Source of the DNA: Macrostomum lignano
Taxonomy: Eukaryota
Assembly (NCBI GenBank): GCA_002269645.1
Contig: NIVC01000365.1
Coordinates: forward strand, 558,001-622,000
Length of the DNA stretch: 64,000 nt
Direction: 5' to 3'
The notes under the pieces are model-generated. The model saw only the letters and a program-made list of their open reading frames with translations. It had not been told where the DNA came from and did not search any database. The first letter of the stretch is position 1. Each line of letters opens with the position of its first letter. This document shows, piece after piece, positions 46,926-59,130 of this stretch. The translations under genes and the position numbers were made by a program.

Positions 46926-49900
46926 TCAGCTGCGGCCGTCCACATCCAGCGACTCTGGCCAGGCGTCCACCCGCACCCTGGGCAGCTGGCCGTCGAACAG
47001 CCGGTCCAGCCAGTTCGGCAGGCCGGCCAGCAGGTCCCGCTCGAACAGCGGCGCGTCCGGCTCGCTCAGCGGGTCCCCGAAGCCTCCGCCGGTGTCGCCA
47101 CCGTCGCGTCGACGTCGTCGCCGTCGTTTCAGCGTGGCTGCCTCGCCGTCGTAGTCGTCCGAGGAGTCCTCGGAGGATTCGTCCGAGTCGTGCAGGCCGA
47201 GGAAGCGGCAGTCGAACTGGCGCTGCATGGCCGACCGGATTTTCGGGTGGTAGATGCAGAAGTACCTGAGGAGTGGGGTGGGTGCGGGATGCAGAAGTAC
47301 CTGAGGAGTGGGGTGGGTGCGGGATGCAGAAGTACCTGAGGAGTGGGGTGGGTGCGGGATGCAGAAGTACCTGAGGAGTGGGGTGGGTGCGGGATGCAGA
47401 ATTACCTGAGTGGGGTGGGTGCGGGATGCAGAAGTACCTGAGGAGTGGGGTGGGTGCGGGATGCAGAAGTACCTGAGGAGTGGGGTGGGTGCGGGATGCA
47501 GAAGTACCTGAGGAGTGGGGTGGGTGCTGATGCAGAAGTACCTGAGGAGTGGGGTAGGTGCGGGATGCAGAAGTACCTGAGGAGTGGGGTGGGTGCGGGA
47601 TGCAGAAGTACCTGAGGAGTGGGGTGGGTGCTGATGCAGAAGTACCTGAGGAGTGGGGTGGGTGCTGATGCAGAAGTACCTGAGGAGTGGGGTGGGTGCG
47701 GGATGCAGAAGTACCTGAGGAGTGGGGTGGGTGCGGGATGCAGAAGTACCTGAGGAGTGGGGTGGGTGCTGATGCAGAAGTACCTGCGGGTTATTTAGGC
47801 TGCAATAAAACTTGGGAGCTCGATATGATGTGACATTTCGAGCTTATAAAACGGTTATTGACCCTCGAGTGACAAGCCCGATGAAAACGGTACCCAGGCC
47901 AAGAAGCGTCCCAGAGCCACTTGCCTTGCCCCAGAGTCGTTGCAGGTAGCACAGGTAAGATAGGAAAGAGCTGACTCTAGACGACAACTCTAAAACGACA
48001 AGATGTCCCGGTACAAGTCGCCAAAAAGTCATCAAAGAGTCACCTAAGAGCCAATTTGAAGTGTTTTATTGTCCGCGACTCTGAGGCGCTTCTATAATGA
48101 ATCTGAGGCCGTAGAGTCGTATTTGAGGCGTGCTGGATTTCATCTCATTTCGCATTAATAACAACTCGATTTAGACTACTTGAGTTAGTAGAAAGTTAGG
48201 CGCTAACATAGCGACTCTTCCGATTCTGCAACTCAAGTGATGACTCAACAGTCGCCTCTCTGTCGCACTGTAGTCATTTGAATCGTTAAAAAGTCGCCCC
48301 AGAGATTTTCCAGAGTCACTAGTGAGTTGTTTGCATTGACTCTTTAAGCGATTCTTGTCACGGTAAAGTTTTCAATGGACAGGCCAATTTCAGTGCACGC
48401 AGAGCACAGCTACCCCCCCCCGCCAACATGTTCCCATCTCACTTTCGGAACCCGTTAACGGCCAGCACAGTCCCGGAGCAGTTTCTCGGCTGGACCACCC
48501 GCTGTTCGCCCAGCTTCCGGCCGATGACAAACTCGAGGATGGCGCGGTACCAGCCCATCCGCTCGCCGACGTCCAGCACGGCGAAGCGTAGCCGTTCGAC
48601 GCTGGCGAATGGCGCCAGGCAGCGGGCGAAGTCGGCGGCCAGCTTGGCCTTCAGGCTGGAGTCCACCACCAGCACCAGGGAGATCTGGCCCTGCGGACTG
48701 GCGCTGATGAGGCGCCTGTAGTTGCTGGACTCTAGCTCCGCCAGCATCCGCGTGTTGTCCGGCCGCCGGCCAGCTGTCTCGAACGGGCTCGGCGCCCCAG
48801 TCTGGCGCCGCTGACCTGCGCCGCTGCCAGTCCCGTTGCTATGCTGGTTGCTATGCGACTTGCGATTTGCCGAGCGGAGCTTCTGCTCCTCCCACTGGGC
48901 CAGACGGGTCATGATGTAGGCAGTGCCGATCACCATGGCAACGGTGAGCACCACGAGCATTGGACCGCTGGGGTCGACGCCCCGCAGGTGCAGCATCGCC
49001 CGGCCGCACAGGGTGTGCAGGCGGCGCCAGATGCGGATGGGCAGCGCCGGCCGGGACTCGTCGGCAAAAGCCGGCGCCGAGGCCAGCACGGTCAGGCCGA
49101 GGGAGTCCTCAGCGACTGCGGCGATGGACTCGCGGAGCTGCTCGACGGTCAGGCTGACGTTCCAGCGGCCAGCCAGCCAGCGGTAGCCGACGCGGCTGGC
49201 CGTGGCCCGCCACAGCAGCAGCACTCGGCCGGCGAAGCTGGCGGCTGGCTCCTCGGCCGAGCCGAGCGAGCGGAGAAAGTCCAGCTGCAAGTCGGCGTGG
49301 ATGTAGGCCAGTCGCACCCGAGAGTCGGCGGCTCCGTCTCGACGCCGCCGGTCCCAGCGGCGGGCCTCACGTCTGGGAATCGAGGGAAGCAGGGCGGAGT
49401 GCGAGTTACGGACGGAGTTGCTCAGATGGTGAATGGCTCAGGAGGAGTTGCTCAGATGGTGAATGGCTCAGGAGGAGTTGCTCAGATGGTGAATGGCTCA
49501 GGGGAAATGCTCAGATGGTGAATGGCTCAGGAGGAGTTGCTCAGATAGTGAATGGCTCAGGAGGAGTTGCTCAGATGGTGAATGGCTCAGGAGGAGTTGC
49601 TCAGATAGTGAATGGCTCAGGAGGAGTTGCTCGGATGGTGAATGGCTCAGGAGGAGTTGCTCAGATGGTGAATGGCTCAGGGGAAATGCTCAGATGGTGA
49701 ATGGCTCAGGAGGAGTTGCTCAGATAGTGAATGGCTCAGGAGGAGTTGCTCAGATGGTGAATGGCTCAGGAGGAGTTGCTCAGATAGTGAATGGCTCAGG
49801 AGGAGTTGCTCAGATGGTGAATGGCTCAGGAGGAGTTGCTCAGATGGTGAATGGCTCAGGGGGAAATGCTCAGATGGTGAATGGCTCAGGAGGAAATGCT

Positions 49901-51190
49901 CAGATGGTGAATGGCTCAGGAGGAACAGCCTGGATGGTAAATCACTCAGAGGGAATCAACCGAATGGTAAATGATTTGCTCAGGCAGAGAAAAAGTTCGA
50001 ATGTAAGTCGCTCACCTGAAGAAGGCCGCAGCCAGTCCGTTCTCCTCACCGGGCCGCAGCAGCAGCAGCACGCAGAGAAATTTGTCCCGATATGCCATCT
50101 GCGCGGGGCAGAGCTCTTCGGCCAGCTCAGGCGAGGCCAGCCGAGGCAAGGCCAGATGCTTGCGAGCTTCCAGCCAGGCGGACAGGGCCTCAGTCTCCAG
50201 GCGCGCAGACTCGAGCCGGCCGACCTCCCCGTCTTCGTCGAACAGCAGGACGGACTCCAGGCCGCCGGACAGCCGCCTGGCGGAGCGGAAGGCCTCGACG
50301 GAGCTGGAAGCGGTGTCCGCATAGGCGAAGGCCAGCCGGCTGCGCCAGGCGTAGGCGGCCATGAGGAAGCGGATCGGTGGCCGGCCGAGCGGCTTGGCCA
50401 GCACCGCGCGCGGCCGGTTGTCCGACCAGCCGGACAGGAAGGCGGCCGCGCCCGAGTCGGCAAGCGGCGGCAGAGTGTCCACGGGGAACAGGGAGCGGTA
50501 GAAGTCGCGGAGGCCGGCCAAGGACAGCTGTCCGGAGTAGTGGTACGCCACGCCGTCCACCACCCCGATGATGGCGGGCACCTGGTCGATGCGCAGGATC
50601 TCGGCCAGGTTGGAGGACATCCCGGCGTGGACGACGGCCATGGGGACGCCCAGGGGCAGCAGGTCCTCGGCCAGGCGGCGCCACAGCGGGCCGACTCGCA
50701 TGCAGGGAAAGCAGAAGTCGGCTGTGGCGAATAGAAGGGCCGGCCGGCGCCACGAATCCGGCGCCAGGCGCACCTGATACTGGCGCAGGGTGATCTGCTC
50801 CAGCGCGGGGCCGCCGGCCTCGTCAGAGTGCTGCTGGTGCTGGTGAAAGAACTCGGCGAAGGGGGAAGCGTGGAACGAGTGGAAGCTGGGGTGGCGCGGG
50901 TCGGCCTGCACAGTGCCGAACATGTCGTACTCGCGCCGCTTGCTGGCATCGGACAGGATCTCGTAGGCCTCGTTAATGCGGACGAATCTGTCCGAGGCGC
51001 CAGGGTCCTTGGACTTGTCCGGGTGGTTGGCTCTGGCCAGCCGCTTGTAGGCCTGCTTGACCTCCTGGGGAGTCGCCGAACGGGACACGCCCAGCACCGA
51101 GTACAGGTCCTGCTGCTCCTCCGAGAGGGCTGCTGGCGGCAGCAGACAGAGCAGCAGCAGCAGCGACAGCAGGCGGCAGTGAGAGTGCAT
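46926..51190 (-). CDS. DNAJC16: DnaJ homolog subfamily C member 16-like, ~814 aa; exons 51190-50016, 49372-48443, 47265-46926
   Basis: Signal peptide, J domain (DLYSVLGV..HPDK..AYEILSD), thioredoxin-like CFPC, TM helix, C-terminal VLAVNGFRKYFCIYHP..WLDRLFDGQLPR..WP. Both introns phase 2; sum 2445 nt. Confidence 0.85.
47253..47787 (-). repeat. 35-bp minisatellite whose unit contains the DNAJC16 last-exon splice junction
   Basis: Minus-strand unit CCGCACCCACCCCACTCCTCAG|GTACTTCTGCATC; ~16 copies of the junction. Confidence 0.93.
49413..49925. repeat. 30-bp minisatellite in DNAJC16 intron 1
   Basis: GTTGCTCAGATGGTGAATGGCTCAGGAGGA units. Confidence 0.95.
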
Positions 51191-51285
51191 GTTTGCTGAC
51201 TTGCTGCCGTCTGCCTCTAGCAGCAATCGCTGTTGGCATGAAGGAATGAGGGAATAGAGTGAAAATAGGCGGTTTACATAATCTA

Positions 51286-51820
51286 AGATCTCACCCGTGA
51301 GAACACCTAGTAACCCGAGATCTCACCCGTGAAAATACCTAGTAACCTGAGATCTCACCCGTGAAAATACCTAGTAACCTGAGATCTCACCCATGATCAA
51401 ATACCTAGTAACCTGAGATCTCACCAATGATCAAATACCTAGTAACCTGAGATCTCACCCGTGAGAATACCTAGTAACCTGAGATCTCACCCCCGTGAGA
51501 ATACCTAGTAACCTGAGATCTCACCCGTGAGAATACCCAGTAACCTGAGATTTCACCCGTGAGAATACCTAGTAACCTGAGATCTCACCCATGATCAAAT
51601 ACCTAGTAACCTGAGATCTCACCCATGATCAAATACCCAGTAACCTGAGATCTCACCCATGATCAAATACCTAGTAACCTGAGATCTCACCCATGATCAA
51701 ATACCTAGTAACCTGAGATCTCACCCATGATCAAATACCTAGTAACCTGAGATCTCACCCGTGAAAATACCTAGTAACCTGAGATCTCACCCATGAGAAT
51801 AGCTGGTAACCTGAGATCTC
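51286..51820. repeat. 32-33-bp minisatellite upstream of DNAJC16
   Basis: GAGATCTCACCCGTGAAAATACCTAGTAACCT units. Confidence 0.95.
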
Positions 51821-53224
51821 TGGTGTCAATCGGAATAAATTCCCACTCAGGTGGTAGAGCATAGGTCAGTGGTTCGAGGCCTTGTCCACTAATAATAATT
51901 CTATTATTTCCTATTTTAGTCAGTCTCTCTCAGGAAATTCAGTTAAACAGAGTCAAACGCTGCAAGAAGCAGAAAAAAGCTTGGTTCCGTGTGTAATTCC
52001 AGACTCGTCTGGGCGCGTGCTGAGTGGTTGAGACATCACGGTTTGAGACCTGTTAAAGTGCGGCCTCTGACTAGAGTAGAGCACAAAGTCGAGCTCAGAG
52101 TCAGTCTGAATAAAACAAGCTGCTCAAAAAAACAAATAGCGGCCCGTTTGGCGTGTCGCTAGCTTTGAGCAACAACAACAACAACAACAAACTCTTTAAT
52201 GCGAATGAATATGCATTGTTTAGTGCTGTGCAAGAGAATCTTCACAGCACTACTTGCAGTAAGCCCGGCGGACGGTGCAATAACAAATACGAGTAGATAG
52301 TATAAAATAGCCTCACACTGCTGCAAGCAAGAAGCACACTAAGCAGACTAGACCGGTAATAAACTAAAGTAATTGGCCGCTCTATTATGCAAGCAATAAT
52401 TTGATTTCAAAATCACATGAGCACTACTCTTCACGCAAGTGAATTTCGATGTGTAATAATAATAGTATTAGTGCCAATATAGTATAAATAGAAGCTGCAA
52501 TAACTTGCACCAGATCTGCATACCTGAGTGCATATTAACCATCCCGCTGCCTCTGAGGACGCTCACACAAGGTGTACACACATCGTCAGAGAAGTACCAA
52601 ATTAAGGTGGCAGCTCTAGGAGTCGAGCCTCCCCCCCAGCCGGGACCGAGGAACCAAGTCCTCAAGACCATCTAGATGTTCAAGCTGTCCTCATCAAGCC
52701 TCTTGAAGCTGCCTAAAATCGAGCCCGCTGTGAGCATGGAGCATTATCGGTCAGACAAGCAGGTGCCAAATTAAAATAAAACACGGGATCGCAGAATATG
52801 CGGTAACTCAATGGAACTCTGCACTGTAAGAGTAAAGAAAGCTGAGGGCACAGAGCAAGGCACAGAGTTCAGCCACTGCACTCTGACACTAATTAACTTT
52901 CGGAGGCTGGAAAGAATCGCCTCATCACATTGATAACAATACAAGCTGCGCACCAGGGGATCTTAGTTACCTGAATAAACTATTGGGGAGCTCTAAGGAT
53001 CCATACAGGATTTGCAGCCGGGATCCTTGAGGATTTGGACAAGAACCACTGTTGTATATCAGGACATTAAACTCATTTTTTCATCACAAAATCAATGATT
53101 GAATTTGATCTGGGGCAGTGAAGATTGCCATTTCTTTAATTTAGCATGCATGCGCGATCTTTGAGTTTACGCCCTGTTATGCTACAGTGGTCCTTGGATT
53201 CGGGAGCTCAGATCCGGGATCCGG

Positions 53225-53767
53225 TCATCTCGCTGCGGCAGACGAAGGCGAAGCGGAACCGGATGAAGCCGACGAGGAGGCTGAGGCGGATCCAGCCGGG
53301 TGCTCGCGGTTGCCAGGCGCGTTTCCTGGCGCTGTAGAGGCGGCCGCATCAGCACCTGCAGCACCGGCGACGGCGGCGGCGAGCTGCTCTGAAAAGTGCG
53401 GCACGTACTCCGAATAGGCGCAGTCGCCAACGCCCACCCGGCTGGCGAACGGGGCGCCGGGCCTCGGCCGGATGTATATGTGGCCGAGCGGCCTGCGGTC
53501 GATGGGGCAGGTGGGGCTGGTCTGGCACCAGCGGGCCAGGCAGGCGAAGCAGTACTGGTGGCAGCAGGCGTCGGGGACGCCAACGTCCGACTCGATGCGG
53601 TCGCAGCAGATGGCGCAGTCGCTGCCGATGTCCAGCATGTAGGTGGCCAGCCGGAGCTCGCCGCCGGTGGAGGCGTCGCGATCGGCGACTGTCGCTGCAG
53701 CTGGCAGCTGGCGGCCGGTGCCGCCGGACTGAAAGTCGAGGAAGGGGGCAAGAAGAGGACTAGTCAT
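53225..53767 (-). CDS. Small RING-finger protein (PHRF1/SCAF11-type RING), 180 aa
   Basis: CAIC..VGVPDACCHQYCFACLARW..TCPIDR..IYIR. Confidence 0.7.
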   Translation of the reverse strand: MTSPLLAPFLDFQSGGTGRQLPAAATVADRDASTGGELRLATYMLDIGSDCAICCDRIESDVGVPDACCHQYCFACLARWCQTSPTCPIDRRPLGHIYIRPRPGAPFASRVGVGDCAYSEYVPHFSEQLAAAVAGAAGADAAASTAPGNAPGNREHPAGSASASSSASSGSASPSSAAAR

Positions 53768-53967
53768 GGGATTTGAGGTTCAAGGCAGGGGATCTGACAG
53801 AGTTGCGGATTTGGGAGAAAAGGGTTCTGGTTAGAATAGGGGATTTGGGAGTAGGGGATTCGGAAATAGGGGATTTGCCTATAACGTAGCTTTGGAAAAA
53901 TATTCAATTCGGTAAATTCCGGGGCTCAGTGATTTGGGATACCAGTAATTTTAACTTGGATTCGGAA

Positions 53968-54447
53968 TTAGCCTAAAACTCGATCAACAGCTGCCCTCAC
54001 CTCGCTAGCTCCGCCGCTAGCTCCGCCGCCGCCATCGTCAGAGTCGTACTCGAACGGCGCCGGCAGCAGCCACCAGAGGCCGGTGGCGGCGGCGGCAGCG
54101 GCAGCGCCAGCCGGCTCGCAGTCCAACTCGTCCAGCGGGCACTGGCCGCAGGGCCGGCCCGCCCGAATCTTGTGAAAGCAGAGCTCGCGAAATATTCGAC
54201 CGCAGGTTGGACAGCGCGAGCCGCTGACCGGGTCGCTGCGCCCGATGTAGGCCAGCATGCAGTTGATGTGGCAGAAGTGATCTGGGCAGGTCATGGGGTG
54301 GCACAGCTCGCTCTGGCCGAGGCCGACGGCGCCCCAGGCCCGGATGACCCGGCAGCACAGCAGGCAGACGGTGTGCGGCCTGGCGCGGGTCTGGCACCGG
54401 TGCCGAGCCCGCCAGACGCTTCTCTGCTTCTCCAGCCACTTCAGCAT
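53968..54447 (-). CDS. Small divergent RING-finger protein, ~159 aa
   Basis: CLLC..PMTCPDHFCHINC..RCPTCGRIFREL; ATG at 54447. Confidence 0.55.
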   Translation of the reverse strand: MLKWLEKQRSVWRARHRCQTRARPHTVCLLCCRVIRAWGAVGLGQSELCHPMTCPDHFCHINCMLAYIGRSDPVSGSRCPTCGRIFRELCFHKIRAGRPCGQCPLDELDCEPAGAAAAAAATGLWWLLPAPFEYDSDDGGGGASGGASEVRAAVDRVLG

Positions 54448-54699
54448 GCGACGGCGGCAGCTCGGGGCTGAAATGGTGCATGCGCCTTGCAGACTACTGA
54501 CTGAGGAACTGGGCAGTAGCAAAATTAGAAAATACGGTTAATTTAAATTGTTATACCGAATGATTTAAGAGAAGGACACAAAAGATACGCGTGGTAACTA
54601 AGAAGCCAACAAATGCGAATTGGCATTGAAAAATTGCATAATTATATATTTATCTAAATTACAGCCAGCTCCAGCTCAGCCACTCTGTACTCAGTCCAT

Positions 54700-54900
54700 T
54701 CAGTCCGAGGAGCCGTGCTTTCGCAGAGTTCGAATCTTCTTCACCTCCCTGTACAGCACCTCCTGCTGCACCAGCGGGTCGAAGGCCAGCAGCTCTTTTT
54801 TGGTTGGAGAGTTTCGCGGCCTGAAAGCCAGCCGGGTGTGGCCGGTGCCCGCCAGGCTCTCAACCAGCACCATCGTCATGCGCACGAAGCCGCTCGACAT
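54700..54900 (-). CDS. mRpL33: Mitochondrial ribosomal protein L33 (bL33m), 66 aa
   Basis: VLVESLAGTGH..FDPLVQQEVLYREVKKIRTL matches bL33m. Confidence 0.8.
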   Translation of the reverse strand: MSSGFVRMTMVLVESLAGTGHTRLAFRPRNSPTKKELLAFDPLVQQEVLYREVKKIRTLRKHGSSD

Positions 54901-54946
54901 GGCAACGGCTGCAACAGGTGAGCGGCTGTGCTTTAGCGGACACACA

Positions 54947-55225
54947 GTACATGACCCTCAGCACAGACACACATTGCATGACCCTCAGCACAGACACACA
55001 TTGCATGACCCTCAGCACGGACACACATTGCATGACCCTCAGCACGGACACACATTGCATGACCCTCAGCACGGACACACATTGCATGACCCTCAGCACA
55101 GACACACATTGCATGACCCTCAGCACAGACACACATTGCATGACCCTCAGCACAGACACACATTGCATGACCCTCAGCACAGACACACATTGCATGACCC
55201 TCAGCACAGACACACATTACATGAC
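54947..55225. repeat. 27-bp minisatellite
   Basis: CATGACCCTCAGCACAGACACACATTG units. Confidence 0.95.
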
Positions 55226-55919
55226 TCCGAAACACTACAGATTATGATACGAGCCAGAGTCGAAGAAGACCAAAGCAGCCATTTGGGAGCAAAGGTGTAA
55301 ACTGAAATAACTGTATTTCAATACATCCGACAGCGCCAGTCCTGACAGGGGATCGATCACGTGACAGCAAGGGCCAGGGAAAGCTCAGCGTGCCGAAAAG
55401 GGATGGAGCCAACAGTGACATGCAATGTCTGGGAAGGGGCGCAATGGAAAGACAACAGTGCAAAAATGAAGGGCAAATTGAACAGAATGAACACAATTTT
55501 GAATAATAAATTATTCAGTTTTAAAAGCGCTGGCTGAAAGCAGAGCAGAAATGCCAACAAGTGTAATATATGATCATACACGGGAGTGAAATGAAGCTAA
55601 CGTGGCTTAAAGAATACTTTGAAGTGAAATTATGAGCAAAATTATAACTATACGTTTATAATTAAACAATTTACACTCAGTATGTCACGCTAGTAATGAA
55701 ACAAGATAATACTACATATACATAATATTACACCAGGTTGTAATACATGTAACACATTGGCACAAATTAGAATTTCAATTTTTCAATAATTCATTAAAAT
55801 TTCCAGTGCTAGAGTAGCTGACAATTAGCACAATTCAATAATGCCGCTCTGTATAGCTGACTAGTATAAACTCATTCCAACCTTGGCTAATCTGGTAATT
55901 AATCTCCCTGGTACTTGTT

Positions 55920-56630
55920 TGACAGGGGAATGGAGACCAGGGGTATGCCACCATTGACAGGGGAATGGAGACCAGGGGTATGCCACCATTGACAGGGGAA
56001 TGGAGACCAGGGGTATGCCACCATTGACAGGGGAATGGAGACCAGGGGTGTGCCACCATTGACAGGGGAATGGAGACCAGGGGTATGCCACCATTGACAG
56101 GGGAATGGAGACCAGGGGTATGCCACCATTGACAGGGTAATGGAGACCAGGGGTATGCCACCATTGACAGGGGAATGGAGACCAAGGGTATGCCACCATT
56201 GACAGGGGAATGGAGACCAGGGGTATGCCACCATTGACAGGGGAATGGAGACCAGGCACGCCACCCGAGCCAGGGGAATGGAGACCAGGTACACCACCCT
56301 AGCCAGGGGAATGGAGACCAGGTACGCCACCCGAGCCAGGGGAATGGAGACCAGGTACACCACCCTAGCCAGGGGAATGGAGACCAGGTACGCCACCCGA
56401 GCCAGGGGAATGGAGACCAGGTACACCACCCTAGCCAGGGGAATGGAGACCAGGTACGCCACCCGAGCCAGGGGAATGGAGACCAGGTACACCACCCTAG
56501 CCAGGGGAATGGAGACCAGGTACACCACCCTAGCCAGGGGAATGGAGACCAGGTACACCACCCTAGCCAGGGGAATGGAGACCAGGTACACCACCCGAGC
56601 CAGGGGAATGGAGACCAGATACGCCACCCT
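55920..56630. repeat. Compound minisatellite: ~36-bp units then 33-bp units sharing AGGGGAATGGAGACCAGG
   Basis: Unit switch at ~56255. Confidence 0.95.
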
Positions 56631-56769
56631 GAACCTGGAAGTGGGGTCAGTTGATGATGTGCACACCAGGATGCGTGCGCAAATCCCCTGGAATAAAGCA
56701 GCTGAACCCAGCGCTTTGTTCAACCCCTGGAATCCCCAGTGGTAAAAATCCCGCGGCGATTGGCGAGCC

Positions 56770-59130
56770 TCACTTGGCCTGCACGTACACGGTGTCGGTT
56801 GGGCAGAGTCCCAGCTCGGCCAGGCTGGCCATGGGCTGCAGCTGGGACAGCAGCCGCCTGGGATGCGTGGCCAGCAATTCAAAGTCCTCAGCTGGGAAGC
56901 CTTCGCTGTCCAGCAGCACCGTCAGAGCCTTCAACCGGCTGCTGGCTGGCCAGTCCAGCGAGTTGCGCCGGCCGTCCGGGTAGCGGATGAGCAGCCGGCA
57001 GCGCTGCGGCTCATCTGGGTCGCCCAGCCACAGCCGGTGGTCCTGACCGTCCACCAGCCTGGAGGCCGCCACGGCACGGCGCAGCTGCTCCGCCTCGGCC
57101 TCTTCGCCGTTGTCGCAGTCAGGCCGCCTCGCCCCGACACCTTTGGCACCAAGCTCGGGCTGGTCGACACTTTGGCGGAGCTCCGGCGATTTGGACCGAG
57201 CCCGCTTGGCGGCCGGGGCAGCCGGCCCCGCAGCCGCTTCATCGATGGCAGCCGCAGCCTCCGAGTCGGACTCCGGCAGGCATTCCGGCCGCTCGAACTG
57301 CGCCAGAAACTCGGTCAGCCTGTCCAGGAAACTGTCCAGGTGGCGCAGCTGGCCGGGCGCGAACCTCAGCCGCTGCTCGCCCGTCACCGGGTCTAGCAGG
57401 GCCACGAAGGGGCAGCCGCCGGGAGCGCGGTAGTTGACGGCAAAACGGCAGCCGGCGGGAGACCGGCTGTCCAGCTGGAGGAACACGCAGCTGGCCTCCA
57501 GCACCGACTGCACGGCCGGCTCTGACCACAGGTCCCGGTTGAGCAGCTGGCAGCTGAACTCGCCCACGTCCTGCGGCGTTTGAGATTCGCCAGCTGTAGC
57601 TGGACTGTAGTAGCCCTGCAGCCTGCGCTGCAGCCCCATCCGCCCCAGCTTGCAGTCTCCTCTGCCCCAGTTGCAGTCCCCTCTGCCCAAGCCTGTGCTG
57701 CAGTCCCCTCTGCCCCAGTTGCAGTCCCCTCTACCCCAGTTGCAGTCCCCTGTGCCCCAGTTGCAGTCCCCTCTGCCCAAGCCTGTGCTGCAGCCCCCTT
57801 CGGCCCCAGCTTGCAGCCCCCTCTGCTCCAGTCTGCTGCAGGCAGCCCCCTCTGCTCCAGCCTGTGCTGCAGCCCCCTCTGCTCCAGTCTGTGCTGCAGC
57901 CCCCTCTGCTCCAGTCTGTGCTGCAGCCCCTTCTGCTCCAGTCTGTGCTGCAGCCCCCTCTGCTCCAGTCTGTGCTGCAGGCAGCCCCTTCTGCTCCAGT
58001 CTGTGCTGCAGCCCCCTCTGCTCCAGTCTGTGCTGCAGGCAGCCCCTTCTGCTCCAGTCTGTGCTGCAGCCCCCTCTGCTCCAGTCTGTGCTGCAGGCAG
58101 CCCCTTCTGCTCCAGTCTGTGCTGCAGCCCCCTTCTGCTCCAGCCTGCGCTGCAGCCCCATCCGCCCCAGCTTGCAGTCTCCTCTGCTCCAGCCTGTGCT
58201 GAAGCCCGCAGCTCCCTCTGCTCCAGCCTGCGGCCCTTCTGCTCCAGCCTATTATGCAGCTCCTTCTGCCCCCAGCCTGTGCTGCAGCCTCCTCGCCCAC
58301 CAGCCTACAGCCCCAGTCAGCAAGAATCAACAGGCCACAGCAGTAGCGCAGCCCGCCCCACCTGCAGGTCCACCAGCAGCCATTTGCCGGCCAGCCGGGC
58401 CTGCCGCATCGCGGATTCCAGGCTGCCGGGGTGCAGCAGCCCGCTGGGCGGCCGGTACAGGTCGTGCAGGCTGCGTTTGCCGGGTCGCCCGCCGCTGCTG
58501 CCACTGGCCGCCCCCGCCTCCTCCAGCATGGCGGCGCGATGATCGGCAAACGGTTGAACTGTCGGTCTGGCAGCGCCGCCGCTGCCATTGGCGCCGCTAT
58601 GCTGCGCAAAAATAGCGCCAGCATTTGGTGTCAGCTGCGCCACAGTCTGCGGCATCGGCGCCCGAGCCTCCTCGGAGCTGTCGGAGGGGGTGGCGGCCAG
58701 GCCGGAGTCGCCACTGCTTCCATCGGTGCCGGGGTGGAGCCGGCTGGCAGCCGGGGTTGGCGGCCCAGTCTCCATGTACATGTTCAGCGCCATCTCCAGG
58801 TTGTTGTTGCAGGCGGCCAGGTACTGGGCAGCCACTGCGCTTGTTGCCCCTGCGAAAGATGGAGAGGGTGGAATAATAATGTTAATAACAATGCAGGGCT
58901 GTGGACACCCTGGTGCAACACCTTCGGCAGCCCATTCCACAGACTTCTGAGCACATATTAAGAACAAATGGCAAGGTTTCCAATGTGGATTCAAACAATG
59001 TGCTTTTGGAGAGCACCTTATTAAAAAGATAGCTTGACTAGAGTTCTCTCCCATTGCAATAACAGTTTGAGCAATTTCAGAATAGCAGCTCACCTGTAAT
59101 AGCACAGAAGTTCTCAGCCTCAGGCCCCAT
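56770..59130 (-). CDS. UBXN7: UBX domain-containing protein 7-like, ~441 aa; exons 59130-59094, 58849-58362, 57570-56770
   Basis: UBA-like FCAITGA..LAACNNNLEMAL, UAS SLHDLYRPP..KWLLVDLQ-DVGEFSCQLLNRDLW, UIM EQLRRAVAAS, UBX RLLIRYPDGRR; phase-consistent introns. Confidence 0.88.
57640..58310. repeat. GC-rich ~21-27-bp tandem repeats in UBXN7 intron 2
   Basis: GCAGCCCCCTCTGCTCCAGTCTGTGCT and TGCAGTCCCCTCTGCCCCAGT units. Confidence 0.85.

Noticed and set aside
49493-50734. 413-aa plus-strand ORF
   Set aside because: Minisatellite translation fused to the antisense of the GC-rich DNAJC16 exon
56770-58161. 463-aa ORF suggesting a repeat-extended UBX protein
   Set aside because: The repeat part is UBXN7 intron 2; splicing 58362 to 57570 restores the continuous UAS domain
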